20,000 nt of DNA. It comes from Spongospora subterranea f. sp. subterranea. Its lineage: Eukaryota. The DNA is taken from positions 60,161 to 80,160 of the forward strand of contig JAUGWO010000010.1 in NCBI GenBank assembly GCA_049724395.1, written 5' to 3'. The notes beneath the pieces were generated by a model. That model saw nothing but the letters and a program-made list of their open reading frames with translations. It was not told the origin of the DNA and did not search any database. Shown here piece by piece: positions 1 through 9,704 of the stretch. How positions within the stretch are numbered: position 1 is the first letter of the stretch; each line of letters opens with the position of its first letter. A program made the translations under genes and the position numbers.

Positions 1-1
1 G

Positions 2-802
2 TTTATTATCGCTTGGACTAAACATTATCTGCATTTTGGGAACACTGCAACTTCTCGAGTTGAAGGTATGCACTCATCGCTGAAATCGTGGATCCGGGTA
101 TCCACCGGTGACCTCAAAAGTGTTTACAGCAAGATTTGTTTAGCAGTAGATCATCATCTCCACTCTATTTCCCAAAAAATCGAGTATGACAAATCCAATG
201 CGCTGCTGACCCATCAAATCCCGTTTTGGGGGAATGTCAACCGAGAGATTTCACAGTTTGCGCTGCGCAAAGCTCACAAGGAATATGAGAAGGCAAAAAA
301 GCTATCTGGTGACGATCATTGCTCCAATGTTTTATTTCTGACTATGGGAATTCCGTGTTCTCATATGATGAAAGAACTTATACGACAAAACTCTGTGCTA
401 AACCCCCAAGATTTTCACTGTCATTGGCGACTGAGCATTCCTGTTGGAGTTTCTCTACAAGATAGTCCACAGACGTTTGCTCAAGCTCTGTCGGAACTGG
501 ATGCAACTTACCAATCGTTGCCACCTCATCGCCAGCGAGTTATACAGGAAGGCGTCAACGTTTTAACAAGCAGACGAAGAGATACCAACTTCATTCAAAA
601 TCCAGAACAAGTTACCGCTCGAGGACGACCTCAAGGGTCAGTCGCTCGGTTGGGTCCTGTATCTTCGACACGAAGAGATCCTTCTGGTTTCGAGAATGCA
701 GAACGACGACAACGTGTTTGTGGTTTATGTGGCCGCTCTGGTCACAATCGCCGATCATGTAGTTCGATAGACTCACTACCAATAGGGGCGGTGTCGCTGT
801 AA
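2..802 (+). CDS. Mutator/MULE (FAR1-like) transposase, C-terminal part; 5' end lies outside the window
   Basis: Frame is open from base 2: FIIAWTKHYLHFGNTATSRVEGMHSSLK (MULE HFGNTxTSRxEG motif). SWIM-like C..MGIPCSH and terminal zinc knuckle CGLCGRSGHNRRSC are present. Confidence 0.88.
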   Translation, partial: FIIAWTKHYLHFGNTATSRVEGMHSSLKSWIRVSTGDLKSVYSKICLAVDHHLHSISQKIEYDKSNALLTHQIPFWGNVNREISQFALRKAHKEYEKAKKLSGDDHCSNVLFLTMGIPCSHMMKELIRQNSVLNPQDFHCHWRLSIPVGVSLQDSPQTFAQALSELDATYQSLPPHRQRVIQEGVNVLTSRRRDTNFIQNPEQVTARGRPQGSVARLGPVSSTRRDPSGFENAERRQRVCGLCGRSGHNRRSCSSIDSLPIGAVSL

Positions 803-904
803 GTGATTGCCGAACAATTGTTAATTAAAGTAGGTACTGTTTCTGAATAAAGGCGTCTGGTACTGTAATGTATAAGTGTGTGATTTATAAGAAAATGCGT
901 ACCA

Positions 905-948
905 GGGGTGTCCACCGACCAATTTGGGGTGTCCACGGACCCGACGCC
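905..948. repeat. 3' terminal inverted repeat of the MULE
   Basis: GGGGTGTCCAC occurs twice (905-915, 926-936), ending GGACCCGACGC. It matches the TIRs at 1028-1073 (inverted) and 1830-1871. Confidence 0.75.
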
Positions 949-1027
949 TTTTTTTTTTGCAAAAATCACTTTTTGGTGAATTGGGAATTCTTGGGAAACG
1001 TAAAAATTGGGGTTTATAATAATTTTT

Positions 1028-1871
1028 CGCGTCCGGTCCGGTGGACACCCCAAAATTGGTCGGTGGACACCCCTGGTACGCATTTTCTTATAAATCACAC
1101 AATTATACATTACCAGACGCCTTCATTCAGAAACAGTACTTCAATTAACAATTGTTCGGCAATCACTTACAGCGACACCGCCCCTATTGGTGTTGAGTCT
1201 ATCGAACTACATGATCGGCGATTGTGACCAGAGCGGCCACATAAACCACAAACACGTTGTTGTCGTTCTGCATTCTCGAACCAGAAGGGTCTCTCCGTGT
1301 CGAAGATACAGGACCCAACCGAGCCACTGACCCTTGAGGTCGTCCTCGAGCGGTAACTTGTTCTGGATTTTGAATGAAGTTTGTATCTCGTCGTATGCTT
1401 GTTACAACGTTGACGCCTTCCTGTATAACTCGCTGGCGATGAGGTGGTTCCGACAGAGCTTGAGCAAACGTCTGTGAACAATCTTGTAGAGAAACTCCAA
1501 CAGGAATGCTCAGTCGCCAAATGACAGTGAAAATTTTGGGGGTTTAGCACAGAGTTTTGTCGTATAAGTTCTTTCATCATATGAAAACACAGGATTCCCA
1601 TCGTCAGAAATAAAACATTGGAGCAATGATCGTCACCAGATAGCTTTTTTGCCTTCTGTGCTGACAGACTAGCCATACCTTGTATATGGAACCGGGGCTG
1701 TTGCGTTTGGACCGACGTTTGTTGTACCCTGCTGCGTGCATCTGGCTTTTAAAGTCTTGGAAGGTTTCCTCAACCGTTGACAAAAGAGAAGAGGATTCCA
1801 TCGAGATAACAAGCTGTGATAACCTGAGTGGTGTCCACACACCAATTTGGGGTGTCCCCGGACCGGACGCG
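1028..1871 (-). mobile_element. Non-autonomous, internally deleted MULE (~844 bp)
   Basis: TIRs of ~43 bp: CGCGTCCGGTCCGGTGGACACCCC... and ...GGGGTGTCCCCGGACCGGACGCG. Direct repeat TAATTTTT flanks it at 1020-1027 and 1872-1879. 1029-1657 is an inverted, indel-rich copy of 289-947. Confidence 0.85.
1167..1801 (-). pseudogene. MULE transposase remnant: putative N-terminus joined to C-terminus, catalytic core missing
   Basis: MESSSLLSTVEETFQDF...RRSKRNSPGSIYKVWLVCQH (FAR1-like N-terminus) joins near 1657 to KAKKLSGDDHC...CGLCGRSGHNRRSC, with frameshifts. Confidence 0.75.
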
Positions 1872-1952
1872 TAATTTTTACGTTTTACGTTGTGTTTTTT
1901 ATGGGTTGTAATAGCATTCAATTTACTAAATTGAATTTAGATTAGCACTCAC

Positions 1953-2465
1953 TCATATTTCTTCTTCGACATCTTTCTCGTCCTGAGTATCCTCCTTGAT
2001 GACAAGAACTCTGTATAATGCAGGATTGGTAACCACGAAGGCAAGCCCTGTTAATCCTCTGGTAAACACGCGATCGAACGAATCATCTATTTCAGCCACA
2101 GTATCTCTGAGGAGCACTTTGGTATGGGCCACTACGTATCTGTTGGTGAAAGGACTATCACAGTAGTAATATGCTGAAATAATAGATGCTGTAGCTCTCC
2201 ATGTGACAGTCACCTGTTGATGCAATACTGTCTTGATGATAGCCTGGTTAGCAACTCTTGAGAATATGACCTCCCTGATTCTATTTCGTGTTTGGACGTC
2301 ACGATGTTTAGATACCTTCACATTCAATATGTGAGTTACATCACGACGATGCCGAATGTCGTTCTTAATGACGTTGAGCAGAAGGACTGGCGACCATTCA
2401 TGTTTATCGATGCCATACCAAGCTTTCTCCGTTAGCTGTGTTGCCCCTCTTCTGTTTTGAAATGG
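1953..2465 (-). other. Stop-free frame of ~170 codons, unknown origin
   Basis: Manual extension of ORF 1953..2327 upstream to an in-frame stop at 2466-2468. No ATG and no recognisable motif. Confidence 0.2.
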
Positions 2466-2504
2466 TTAACTTGGCTCCTTCCGGGTTGCGATTAGAGGTG
2501 GCAA

Positions 2505-3162
2505 CGCCTATTGGGCCTGTGTCACCATCACGAGAGATTCTCATTCCCAGTAGGAGTGTGGGACTCCCAACGTCCGTTATTTCAAATTCCGATGACAGCG
2601 AGCCAATCATTGTTTCACAAACTGTCTTGCAGTTGCATGCTATTAGTATATCATCAATGTGGATGGCCAAAATAGCCATTTTGTCCCCATCAGAGAAGGT
2701 GTAAACGCAAGGATCCGCCTTCGTCTGGACAAATTTCGAAGTCTTGGTTAAAAAGTCGTGCAATCGTTTGTTCCAAACCCGACCGGCTTGCTTTAGGCCA
2801 TAGAGTGCTTTCACGAGCTTATACACAATATGATCCGTGCCAGGTTCACAAAACCCTTCCGGTTGTCTCATATACATTTCCTCATCCAAGACTCCATTCA
2901 AGAAGGCGCCCACAATGTCAATCTGGCGAAGGTAAAGCTGATATTGAGCGGCGACTGCAAGGACTGTTCGAAAGGATTCCTCATGAGCAACAGGGGAGAA
3001 AGTTTCGTTGTAGTCCAGACCGGGTCTTTGTGAAAAGCCTTTCGCAACGAGACGAGCTTTGAATTTCAAAATCGTTCCATCAGGTCGAGTTTTACAGTAA
3101 CACGAATTTACAATCAATTGCTTTTCGTCCTTTCGGCAGCTTGGATAGCTGAAATGTGCCAA
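2505..3162 (-). pseudogene. Copia reverse transcriptase (RVT_2-type), truncated
   Basis: FKARLVAKGFSQRPGLDYNETFSPV, QIDIVGAFLNG, LYGLKQAGRVW, DPCVY, HIDDIL (YVDD-box variant), FEITDVG..LLGMRI. Similarity is lost after about 2505. Confidence 0.92.
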
Positions 3163-3539
3163 ATTTGTGCAATGTCTTCAGTTCTGTGTGTGCAGCGTCG
3201 AACCAGTATCGGCATATTCACTGGTCAGTGCCTCCCTGAAAAGAGCTGGGTATTGGGATAGGCGAGGCTGTCAAACCATCCAAAGGTGGTCGTGGGTATC
3301 GGTCTGCAAGTTCATTCTTGTCCAAGGATGACGAGGTCAGCGTTGCGATGGGAGTTTGCACAGTGAAACTTGGAGAGAATTTCTTTATTGGCGGTCTGGA
3401 TCTGGTGGAGTGTCTGGTGTCACGTTCTTTGCGTTGCTCAGATTCAACTTCAGATATGGACTCGTTTGAATCGACACCAACCCCCGGTCTCCAAACGGTG
3501 GATTTGTCCTCTGCGAAAATGGCGTTTTCGGCTAGAAAT

Positions 3540-4400
3540 GACGCGACGAAGCTCCGGATTCCAGAGCTTGTACGCTTTTTGGTTATTTTGGTAGCCAACG
3601 AAGATTGCGCGGTGTGCTTCGAAACCCATCTTTTGACGAAGCTTTTTCGGAATCTGATACCAAGCGTCACAGCCAAATACTCGAAGGTGGGAAAAACTGG
3701 GTTTCTTGTTGTACCATCGTTCGTATGGAGTCATTCGGTTTGGAAGGGCGGCATGTGGTTTGCGAGTCAGAATTGAAATAGCACAACCGAAGGCAAAAAC
3801 TCAGAATGCTAGTCCTAATTTCGCCTTGATGCGAATGCTTTTGGCCATTTCAAAAATTGTCCGATTCAGGCGTTCTGGGGATCCGTTGGACTCTGACTCA
3901 TAGGGGGCGATGGTTTGATGATGAATTTTGTTTGTCTTGTAGTATTCGCGTGATTCAGCAGAGCAATAAACACCGTCGTTGTCACTTTGAAGCGTAGTTA
4001 AGGTATGAATGCCATGTCCAGCTTGGCGGAATACTTCGTTGTTGAATAGTTGAAGGGCTTCCAATTGATCTGATTTCCTTTTCAAAAGGTAGGCGAATGG
4101 TCTTCGCGTGTTAGTGATCTAAATATGTGGCAATGTAGTAGAAATTTCCTGGGAGACCTGCTCTGGGGAATGGTCCTTCGATGCCAGAGAAAACAAGCTC
4201 GCCAGGACGGGTAGTTATGGTGCTGCTTGGCAGAAATGGGGCGCTTGGCATTTTTGCGAAAACACAGGGTTCACATTGACAAGGCTTGATGTGATGCACC
4301 TTTCCGTAAATCTTGATGTCAAAATCGGGATCATTAACCAATCGCTTTATATCTCGGTGATTCATGTGATCTATTCTGTTGTGGTGTGTTTGCCATGGAA
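3540..4400 (-). pseudogene. Copia integrase, frameshifted
   Basis: HNRIDHMN...CEPCVFAK zinc-binding region, RPGELVF, LQSDNDGVY, PYESESNGSPERLNRTI, TPYERWYNKKPSFSHLRVFGC, IFVGY...KAYKLWNP. Confidence 0.9.
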
Positions 4401-4699
4401 TGGCACCTCCCTGTTGAGCATATAGGGACCGGTACGTATGGTTCTGTGGTACGGTGGGCAATGGATACAAGTTGTCGGCGGTTTTCTGTGAGATAGCAAT
4501 GATATTTCCCGACGGAGGTATGAAATGTTCCTTAGAGTAAATGCATTGGTCTCCATTGAACAGGAACTTGATTCCGTGAGCTGTGCTTTGTCCAGGAGAG
4601 AGTAGTCTTTGACCTAGATTCTCGACATGTTATACGTTGTAGTGAGTTTGCCGATTCCGCGAGCCAATTGTACATTGGTTGAGCCAAGTCATTGCGCTC

Positions 4700-4815
4700 T
4701 CGTAGTACAGTCATCTGCTAACTGAACAAGAGGTCCATTCGGAATGGATTGGTAGTTCGACATGTTTAGCCTGTCGGGTGTCATGTGTCTTCCGCACCCT
4801 GAGTCTATGAAGATT
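4700..4815 (-). pseudogene. Copia aspartic protease fragment
   Basis: Manual translation near 4780-4811 gives FIDSGCGRHMT, matching the copia DSG(A/C)xxHM motif. Boundaries approximate. Confidence 0.75.
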
Positions 4816-4882
4816 GAGTTTGGAGCTACTGATCTTTTGGACGCTCCCAGTGCGTAAAGAGGATGGTGGGAAGGTTTAGTTC

Positions 4883-5601
4883 CTAATTTCGGCGAGAAGC
4901 ACTGTGAATCGGTGTGTGTGCTTCTGGGCCCGTGGAGAGAGCAAGGTTGCCGGGAAACGGTATCTTGCGTTGTTGCAAGCGCTGCACGGTTGCTTCAAGA
5001 GCAGCAATCTCCTGCACGTGTGCCGCTTTTACAGTTGATGGACCCCTGGATAGTTCCGCATTAAGGAGCATCGATGATGCCTTCTCCATGGAGACACTGT
5101 CCATGGTATCCAGTGCCGATATTGTTGCTGAAAACTCCTCACCTACGTTGGATAACAGCATGGCAACTGGGAGGTCGGCCATGGAAATGTCAGGGTCTAC
5201 AAGCAGCCGCATATTGGATTGAATCCGTGCGATGTACGCCTGCACTGATTCATCTTCGACTTTCACGGTTTGTACCAGTCGTTGAAGCGCTGTGACGACG
5301 GCTGCCATTGTTTTCCCCTTTGAAAGTGGGCGTGTAGGGAACGCCACGTCTCGTGGACGTTGAACACTTTGAGATCAAAGTAAGAACGGTTTTGACTCGA
5401 TGCTTTATCGCAGCTGGAGCCTTTCAATCTTGCTTCCTTGTCTCATTCGACAGCTTGGGCTGGGTTTTTGTCGGTTTGAACGTGTTCAAGTCGAAACCGA
5501 CAACATCATCGAATCCTTTTCGATAAGGAAGTTTGCCATTCGATGTCGCCAAGTTATGAAATTTGTCCCGTCGAAGACCGGGACGAGGGTCGGGTGCTCA
5601 T
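4883..5601 (-). pseudogene. Copia gag, frameshifted
   Basis: LVPVFDGTNFITWRHRMANFL near 5580-5520 and ESVQAYIARIQ...MLLSNVGEEFSATISALD (UBN2-like). Confidence 0.78.
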
Positions 5602-6520
5602 GGTGGAGCGGGACTCTTGATCTAACCGAACGTATATGATTGAAGAAGTGATTTTTTTATTCGACAACATCCGTGCTGACTTGATCGTAAGCCGTGGAAC
5701 ACACTATGAGTGGGCCGTTGATGTTCCAACAGTTGTCGTATTCCAGCGAGATATTCAGCTTGTATTTTTCCGCGTTTTCCAACTTGTTTTTTTAAACATT
5801 TTCCGTCTGTACTACTTTCAACTCATTAGTACAAGTGTTGTGATGCTTGTTTAGGCAAGTCATATCAGCTTTGATAAAGTCATAAATCTCCATTTTCTCA
5901 TATATGTTTAGGGCCCGTTTGGATGCCACGGGTCCGCAATTTTGCAAAATTCTTAGTTTGCAAAATTCTAGTCAAATTTTGCAAAGTTTCAATTTGCTGT
6001 TTCCCCGTGCGTTTGGCAGCATCCCGATCAAAAAGTCCGCATTGCATCTACTGTAGGTACAGTACCGGACACCTTAACTCTCCAACTTTGCCACTACAGG
6101 CTACGGAGATGTGGTCACGTTTACGTTCAGGAACAAACTCGGATTACAACTGAATGAATCGATTGTATTTGCAATTTTAAGAAGAATGACTGAACTAGTA
6201 GAAAATTTGAATTCGAATTATTGACTGACTTATGGGCACTCAAACTATCGACTTTTTCAAGAGTATTTGAAACATATAGGTGAAAAACAGTTTTGTCCAT
6301 AAATACACTTAGAGAAATGCGAGCGCACTTCGCAAAACAATGTTGCGACTTACGGACCAGTAAACTGCGCCCAGGGCAATCATTCAGGAAGGATTGAACT
6401 CAATAATAAATGCTGGGTCGGAAGTAACGGTTTCGGTGAGCCATTCTTGTTGCTCCTGAGCGCGGTTTGTGGCCTTCAAGCAGTTTATCGTTGAAAAACG
6501 CCAGGAATTTGTTAGGATAG

Positions 6521-6889
6521 CAACCAGACTTTCAGAAGCAACAAGAATGGCTCACCGAAACCGTTACCTCCGACCCAGCATTTATTATTGAGTTCTTTCC
6601 CAAATTTCATTGTGAATTCAACCACATTGAGATGTATTGGGGACAAGTGAAAAGGTATTTGAGACAACATTGCAACTATTCATACAAAGGTCTGGAAGCG
6701 ATGCTGCCAGAGGCGTTAGCCTCAGTTTCAAAAGCCACAATCAGGCGACACGCTCGCAAGTGCTTTCGATATATGGACGCGTTCTCGATGAAAAACGGCC
6801 AATATCTTAGCATGAAGCAGGTGGAATTCGCTGTGCGAAAATATCGTCGACATCGATCTGTACCTAACTCTATCTTGTCAGAATTATAA
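6521..6889 (+). pseudogene. C-terminal fragment of an IS630/Tc1-like DDE transposase, diverged paralogue of 15106-17144
   Basis: [11 protein letters not shown]...[24 protein letters not shown]...[15 protein letters not shown]...AVRKYRRHR. Confidence 0.85.
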
Positions 6890-7039
6890 AAATGTTTTCA
6901 TCGCCTCTGGCACTTTGCTCACTGATCTGGATGAATTTGCAATGAAATCTTGGGAAAAATTCAATCAGAAAAGGCTGGGTCAGATAACGGTTTCGGTGAG
7001 CAATTCTTGTGCTCTGTTCTTTTTTTCTCGCAAGTTCGT

Positions 7040-7122
7040 TTTTCGCGCATATTTACCTTCTTTCTGCGAGCGCATATTTACCTTTTTGCGAACGCATATT
7101 TAGCTTTTTGCGTACGCATATT
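7040..7122. repeat. Subterminal tandem repeat, ~4 units of 21-25 bp with a TGCGnnCGCATATT core
   Basis: TCGCGCATATTTA, TGCGAGCGCATATTTA, TGCGAACGCATATTTA and TGCGTACGCATATTGA lie just inside the TIR at 7131. Confidence 0.75.
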
Positions 7123-7154
7123 GAATTGAATTGGAGAGTTAAGGTGTCCGGTAC

Positions 7155-8408
7155 GCATTTGGACAAACCTTGTACGTCTCAGTCAACTGGGAACCTGTAT
7201 ATACAATTGTGTATATATGATGACTGCAAATGTATAATGAACAACACTGCAGCATATTTGCGTTTTCGATCTGGTTACCTCGTCGATTGTTTGTTTTCAA
7301 TGGTTCCCGAAGAGACTCATCACTATGGAGAACTTATTCCGTTGTCGGACCTTGAGCAGGTCAAATTTCCAATCGAGTACCGAAAGGCTTCCAGTACAAA
7401 TTTGAGAGGTTTACTCTGTTTTGTCCATCTACGATTCCGAATTTCGCGTTAATATCGGCTGCGAAACTGAAACAATTGCATGATTTGATAACCACATGAA
7501 ATCGCCATTTTGCGCTCCGACTTCCTGCTCGTTGAATTTGGCGAATAAGTATTTGACCTGTCTTTCAGTAGGACAAACCGAAGAAATAGCTATATTGATT
7601 CAATACCGCGGTCGCCGAATTTGAGAATACCCTCAATGAACTGATTACGAATTGCTTGACGATACGATTTATACGCTTCAGCGACTCCTGATCCATGTTT
7701 GAACGTCTGATGGAACTCTGTCTCAACGACTTCAAATACATTGTTATGTGATAAAGATCGTGCAGAAAAATGAAAACGGTTATGGTTGTAATACAATCGC
7801 ACGAATGATTGGAAATGATCAAGAAGTTGATACGTCCTCCTAGTCTTTAACGTAAGTTTTCGTATTGCCAATTGTATGTGCATCTTGCAATCAAAACTCT
7901 TCGTTGCTGTCCATGGTTATTTGAGCGAAGTTCTGGGTCTGCAGCATACGAATACCCATGTTGGCAAATGAAACCTTGCTTGAAAGAATACGTTCTAGTA
8001 TTGGTCGACTTTCGTTTGTTTGGGTCAAGTTTCATTGATAACCAGTTGCAACCCTTGACTTTATCAAATCATGCAATTGTCTCGGTTTCGCAGCCGATAT
8101 TAAAGCGAAATTCGGTGCCAAATTTAATCGTAGATGGACAAAACAGAGTAAATCTCTCAAATTTGTACTGGAAGCCTTCCGGTAACTCGATTGGAAATTT
8201 GAACTGCTCAAGGTCCGACAACGGAATACGTTCTCCATAGTGATGAGTCTCTTCGGGAACCATTGAAAACAAACAATCGACGAGGTAACCAGATCGAAAA
8301 CGCAAATATGCTGCAGTGTTGTTCATTATACACTTGCAGTCATCATATATACACAAGTGTATATACAGGTTCCCAGTTGCCCAAGACGTACAAGGTTTGT
8401 CCAAATGC
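7155..8408 (-). mobile_element. Long-TIR (foldback-like) MULE-type element
   Basis: Inverted arms of ~340 bp (7155-7491 and 8061-8408) begin GCATTTGGACAAACC. A 9-bp TSD GTCCGGTAC (7146-7154) / GTCCGGCAC (8409-8417) has one mismatch. Confidence 0.8.
7590..8327 (-). pseudogene. Probable MULE transposase N-terminal remnant
   Basis: Broken frames read FICQHG...C...LYYNHN..FSARSLSH..F..TFKHGSGVAEAY...DRGI, resembling the C-C-HNH DNA-binding region of MULE transposases. Recognised by pattern only. Confidence 0.5.
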
Positions 8409-8449
8409 GTCCGGCACTGTACCATAGAGCAGCACCCTCTATAACTACC

Positions 8450-9507
8450 CTGCCAAATCAGAAGCACGAGCTAAATGGACGGTGGAAAAGCAACAACGTC
8501 TAATGGAGCTAATGAGTGATGAGGCGAGTTGGATTTTTAAATTTTCAACACTATCTCATTGGGTGCAGGTTGTCAAGGGTGGAAAATCGGAACACGGGTA
8601 CAAGAAGCAATCATGGCATGCTGTTACCTTGGCATTCAATAAGGAATTCGCCACTGTTTATGAATCCCGTCAATTGAAATCACAACTGAACGAGGTATGC
8701 ACAGGACGCTATGATCATAGTCTGGAATCGTTCCCATTAATTGACAGCTCAAAAGCAATTGGTAACTGCTGAAACAGTTGAGGAATAAGAGCGGGTTTGG
8801 ATGGGACGAACAGCGTCAACTTCCAACTGCACCTGATCAAACGTGGGACGAGCTGATTGAGGTCGATTGATTTCTGATCCTGCTCTATATTAATTGTAAT
8901 ACGATGGTGATTTGTGTTTCAAACCCAAATATGCGATTTTTAGGGAAAATCCATGGGTTTTGTTTTCATCTGCCGACATTTTATTTGAGGGGACTGCTGC
9001 CCTAGGCGAGTTCGCCATCGAATCAAATGTCGATGTGATCCCAGTATCAGAGGGGTTTTTTCCGTACCCTCCTCGTTCCAGCCTCTCGGTTATAGCTGAC
9101 TCGATATGCGAGGATGATTATCAGTCCTCAAGCAGCTCTGATCACGACAAAGCGCCCAAGCGTAGGAAAAGTGGTGCCAGACCACGTTCGAACGAGTTCA
9201 CTCCCAGGACGAAACAGTCCAGCGTGGGCAATCGCAGACGCGTTGGCGAAGTTTGCTGAATCTCGTGCTCCCATGCCAGCTAGCGAAACCCACTCCCTCA
9301 CTGGAGCGCGCCATTCAAGTATTGGAGCTGGACTACGCTGATCTCTTCACCGATGAAGAGCTGGCCAGTGCGTACGAAGTGATGGAAAATGAAGTAAAGG
9401 CATTAAACTTCAGTTTAATGCGAAAAGGTTCTGCCAGGGATATCTGGCTTCGCAAACAGGTTACGCTATTGTCGTCGCAACATGAATCTCAGTTTATGCC
9501 TTATTAA
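8450..9507 (+). pseudogene. Harbinger Myb/SANT-like gene, damaged copy
   Basis: Colinear with 17821-18931, but a ~24-bp deletion removes the ATG and a ~47-bp deletion at 9205 shifts the frame. Several substitutions are also present. Confidence 0.85.
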
Positions 9508-9690
9508 AACTTGTTTTTCGATCTAAGAGTCAAATAGTCAGACCACATCAAGTCTGCAATTCTCTTTCGCCAGATCTTTACGGCTGAATCACCTGGGCCG
9601 TCAGACGCCTGGTGGGTGTTCGCCATCCCATCTGACGCCTCCGTCTGCTGTTCTTGATCATAGCGTTGCACGAACGAGTCATCGCCGCTT
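9504..9690 (-). pseudogene. 3' tail of the PIF/Harbinger transposase (hairpin spacer)
   Basis: ...AVKIWRKRIADLMWSDY resembles the typical PIF transposase C-terminus (WRxxIAxxMWxDY). It converges on the Myb gene. Confidence 0.7.
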
Positions 9691-9704
9691 TCGAAAAACA
9701 ACTT

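Larger units (their letters stand above)
2505..5731 (-). mobile_element. Degenerate Ty1/copia LTR retrotransposon, 3'-truncated
   Basis: Domain order gag-PR-INT-RT on the minus strand is diagnostic of copia. Many frameshifts. A possible LTR start TGTTGGAA lies near 5731 but is uncertain. No RNase H or 3' LTR seen. Confidence 0.88.
6060..8419 (+). mobile_element. Deleted IS630/Tc1/mariner-like element with TA target duplication
   Basis: TA|CAGTACCGGACACCTTAACTCTCCAA (6060-6085). The inverted end TTGGAGAGTTAAGGTGTCCGGTAC (7131-7154) is completed by ...CACTG|TA (8419, 8420-8421). The empty site TGTAGGTACCATAG is visible at 17761-17774. Confidence 0.82.
5911..9690 (+). mobile_element. PIF/Harbinger element (Myb-side end), interrupted by nested insertions at 6060-8421
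   Basis: TTA (5908-5910) precedes TIR GGGCCCGTTTGGATG. 5911-6059 plus 8422 onward is colinear with the uninterrupted copy starting at 17586. Confidence 0.85.

Noticed and set aside
742..1227. Near-identical ORFs on opposite strands (742..1110 - and 868..1227 +)
   Set aside because: By-products of the MULE inverted repeat running through TIR and non-coding DNA.
2630..2670. HIDD instead of YVDD as a novel reverse transcriptase
   Set aside because: Both catalytic aspartates are kept, the rest is ordinary copia RT, and the copy is degraded.
5610..5731. Copia 5' LTR and primer binding site
   Set aside because: TGTTGG on the minus strand is suggestive, but there is no second LTR and no clear PBS, so it is not called separately.
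2438..5854. Plus-strand ORFs over the copia element
   Set aside because: Antisense shadows of gag-pol with no motifs of their own.
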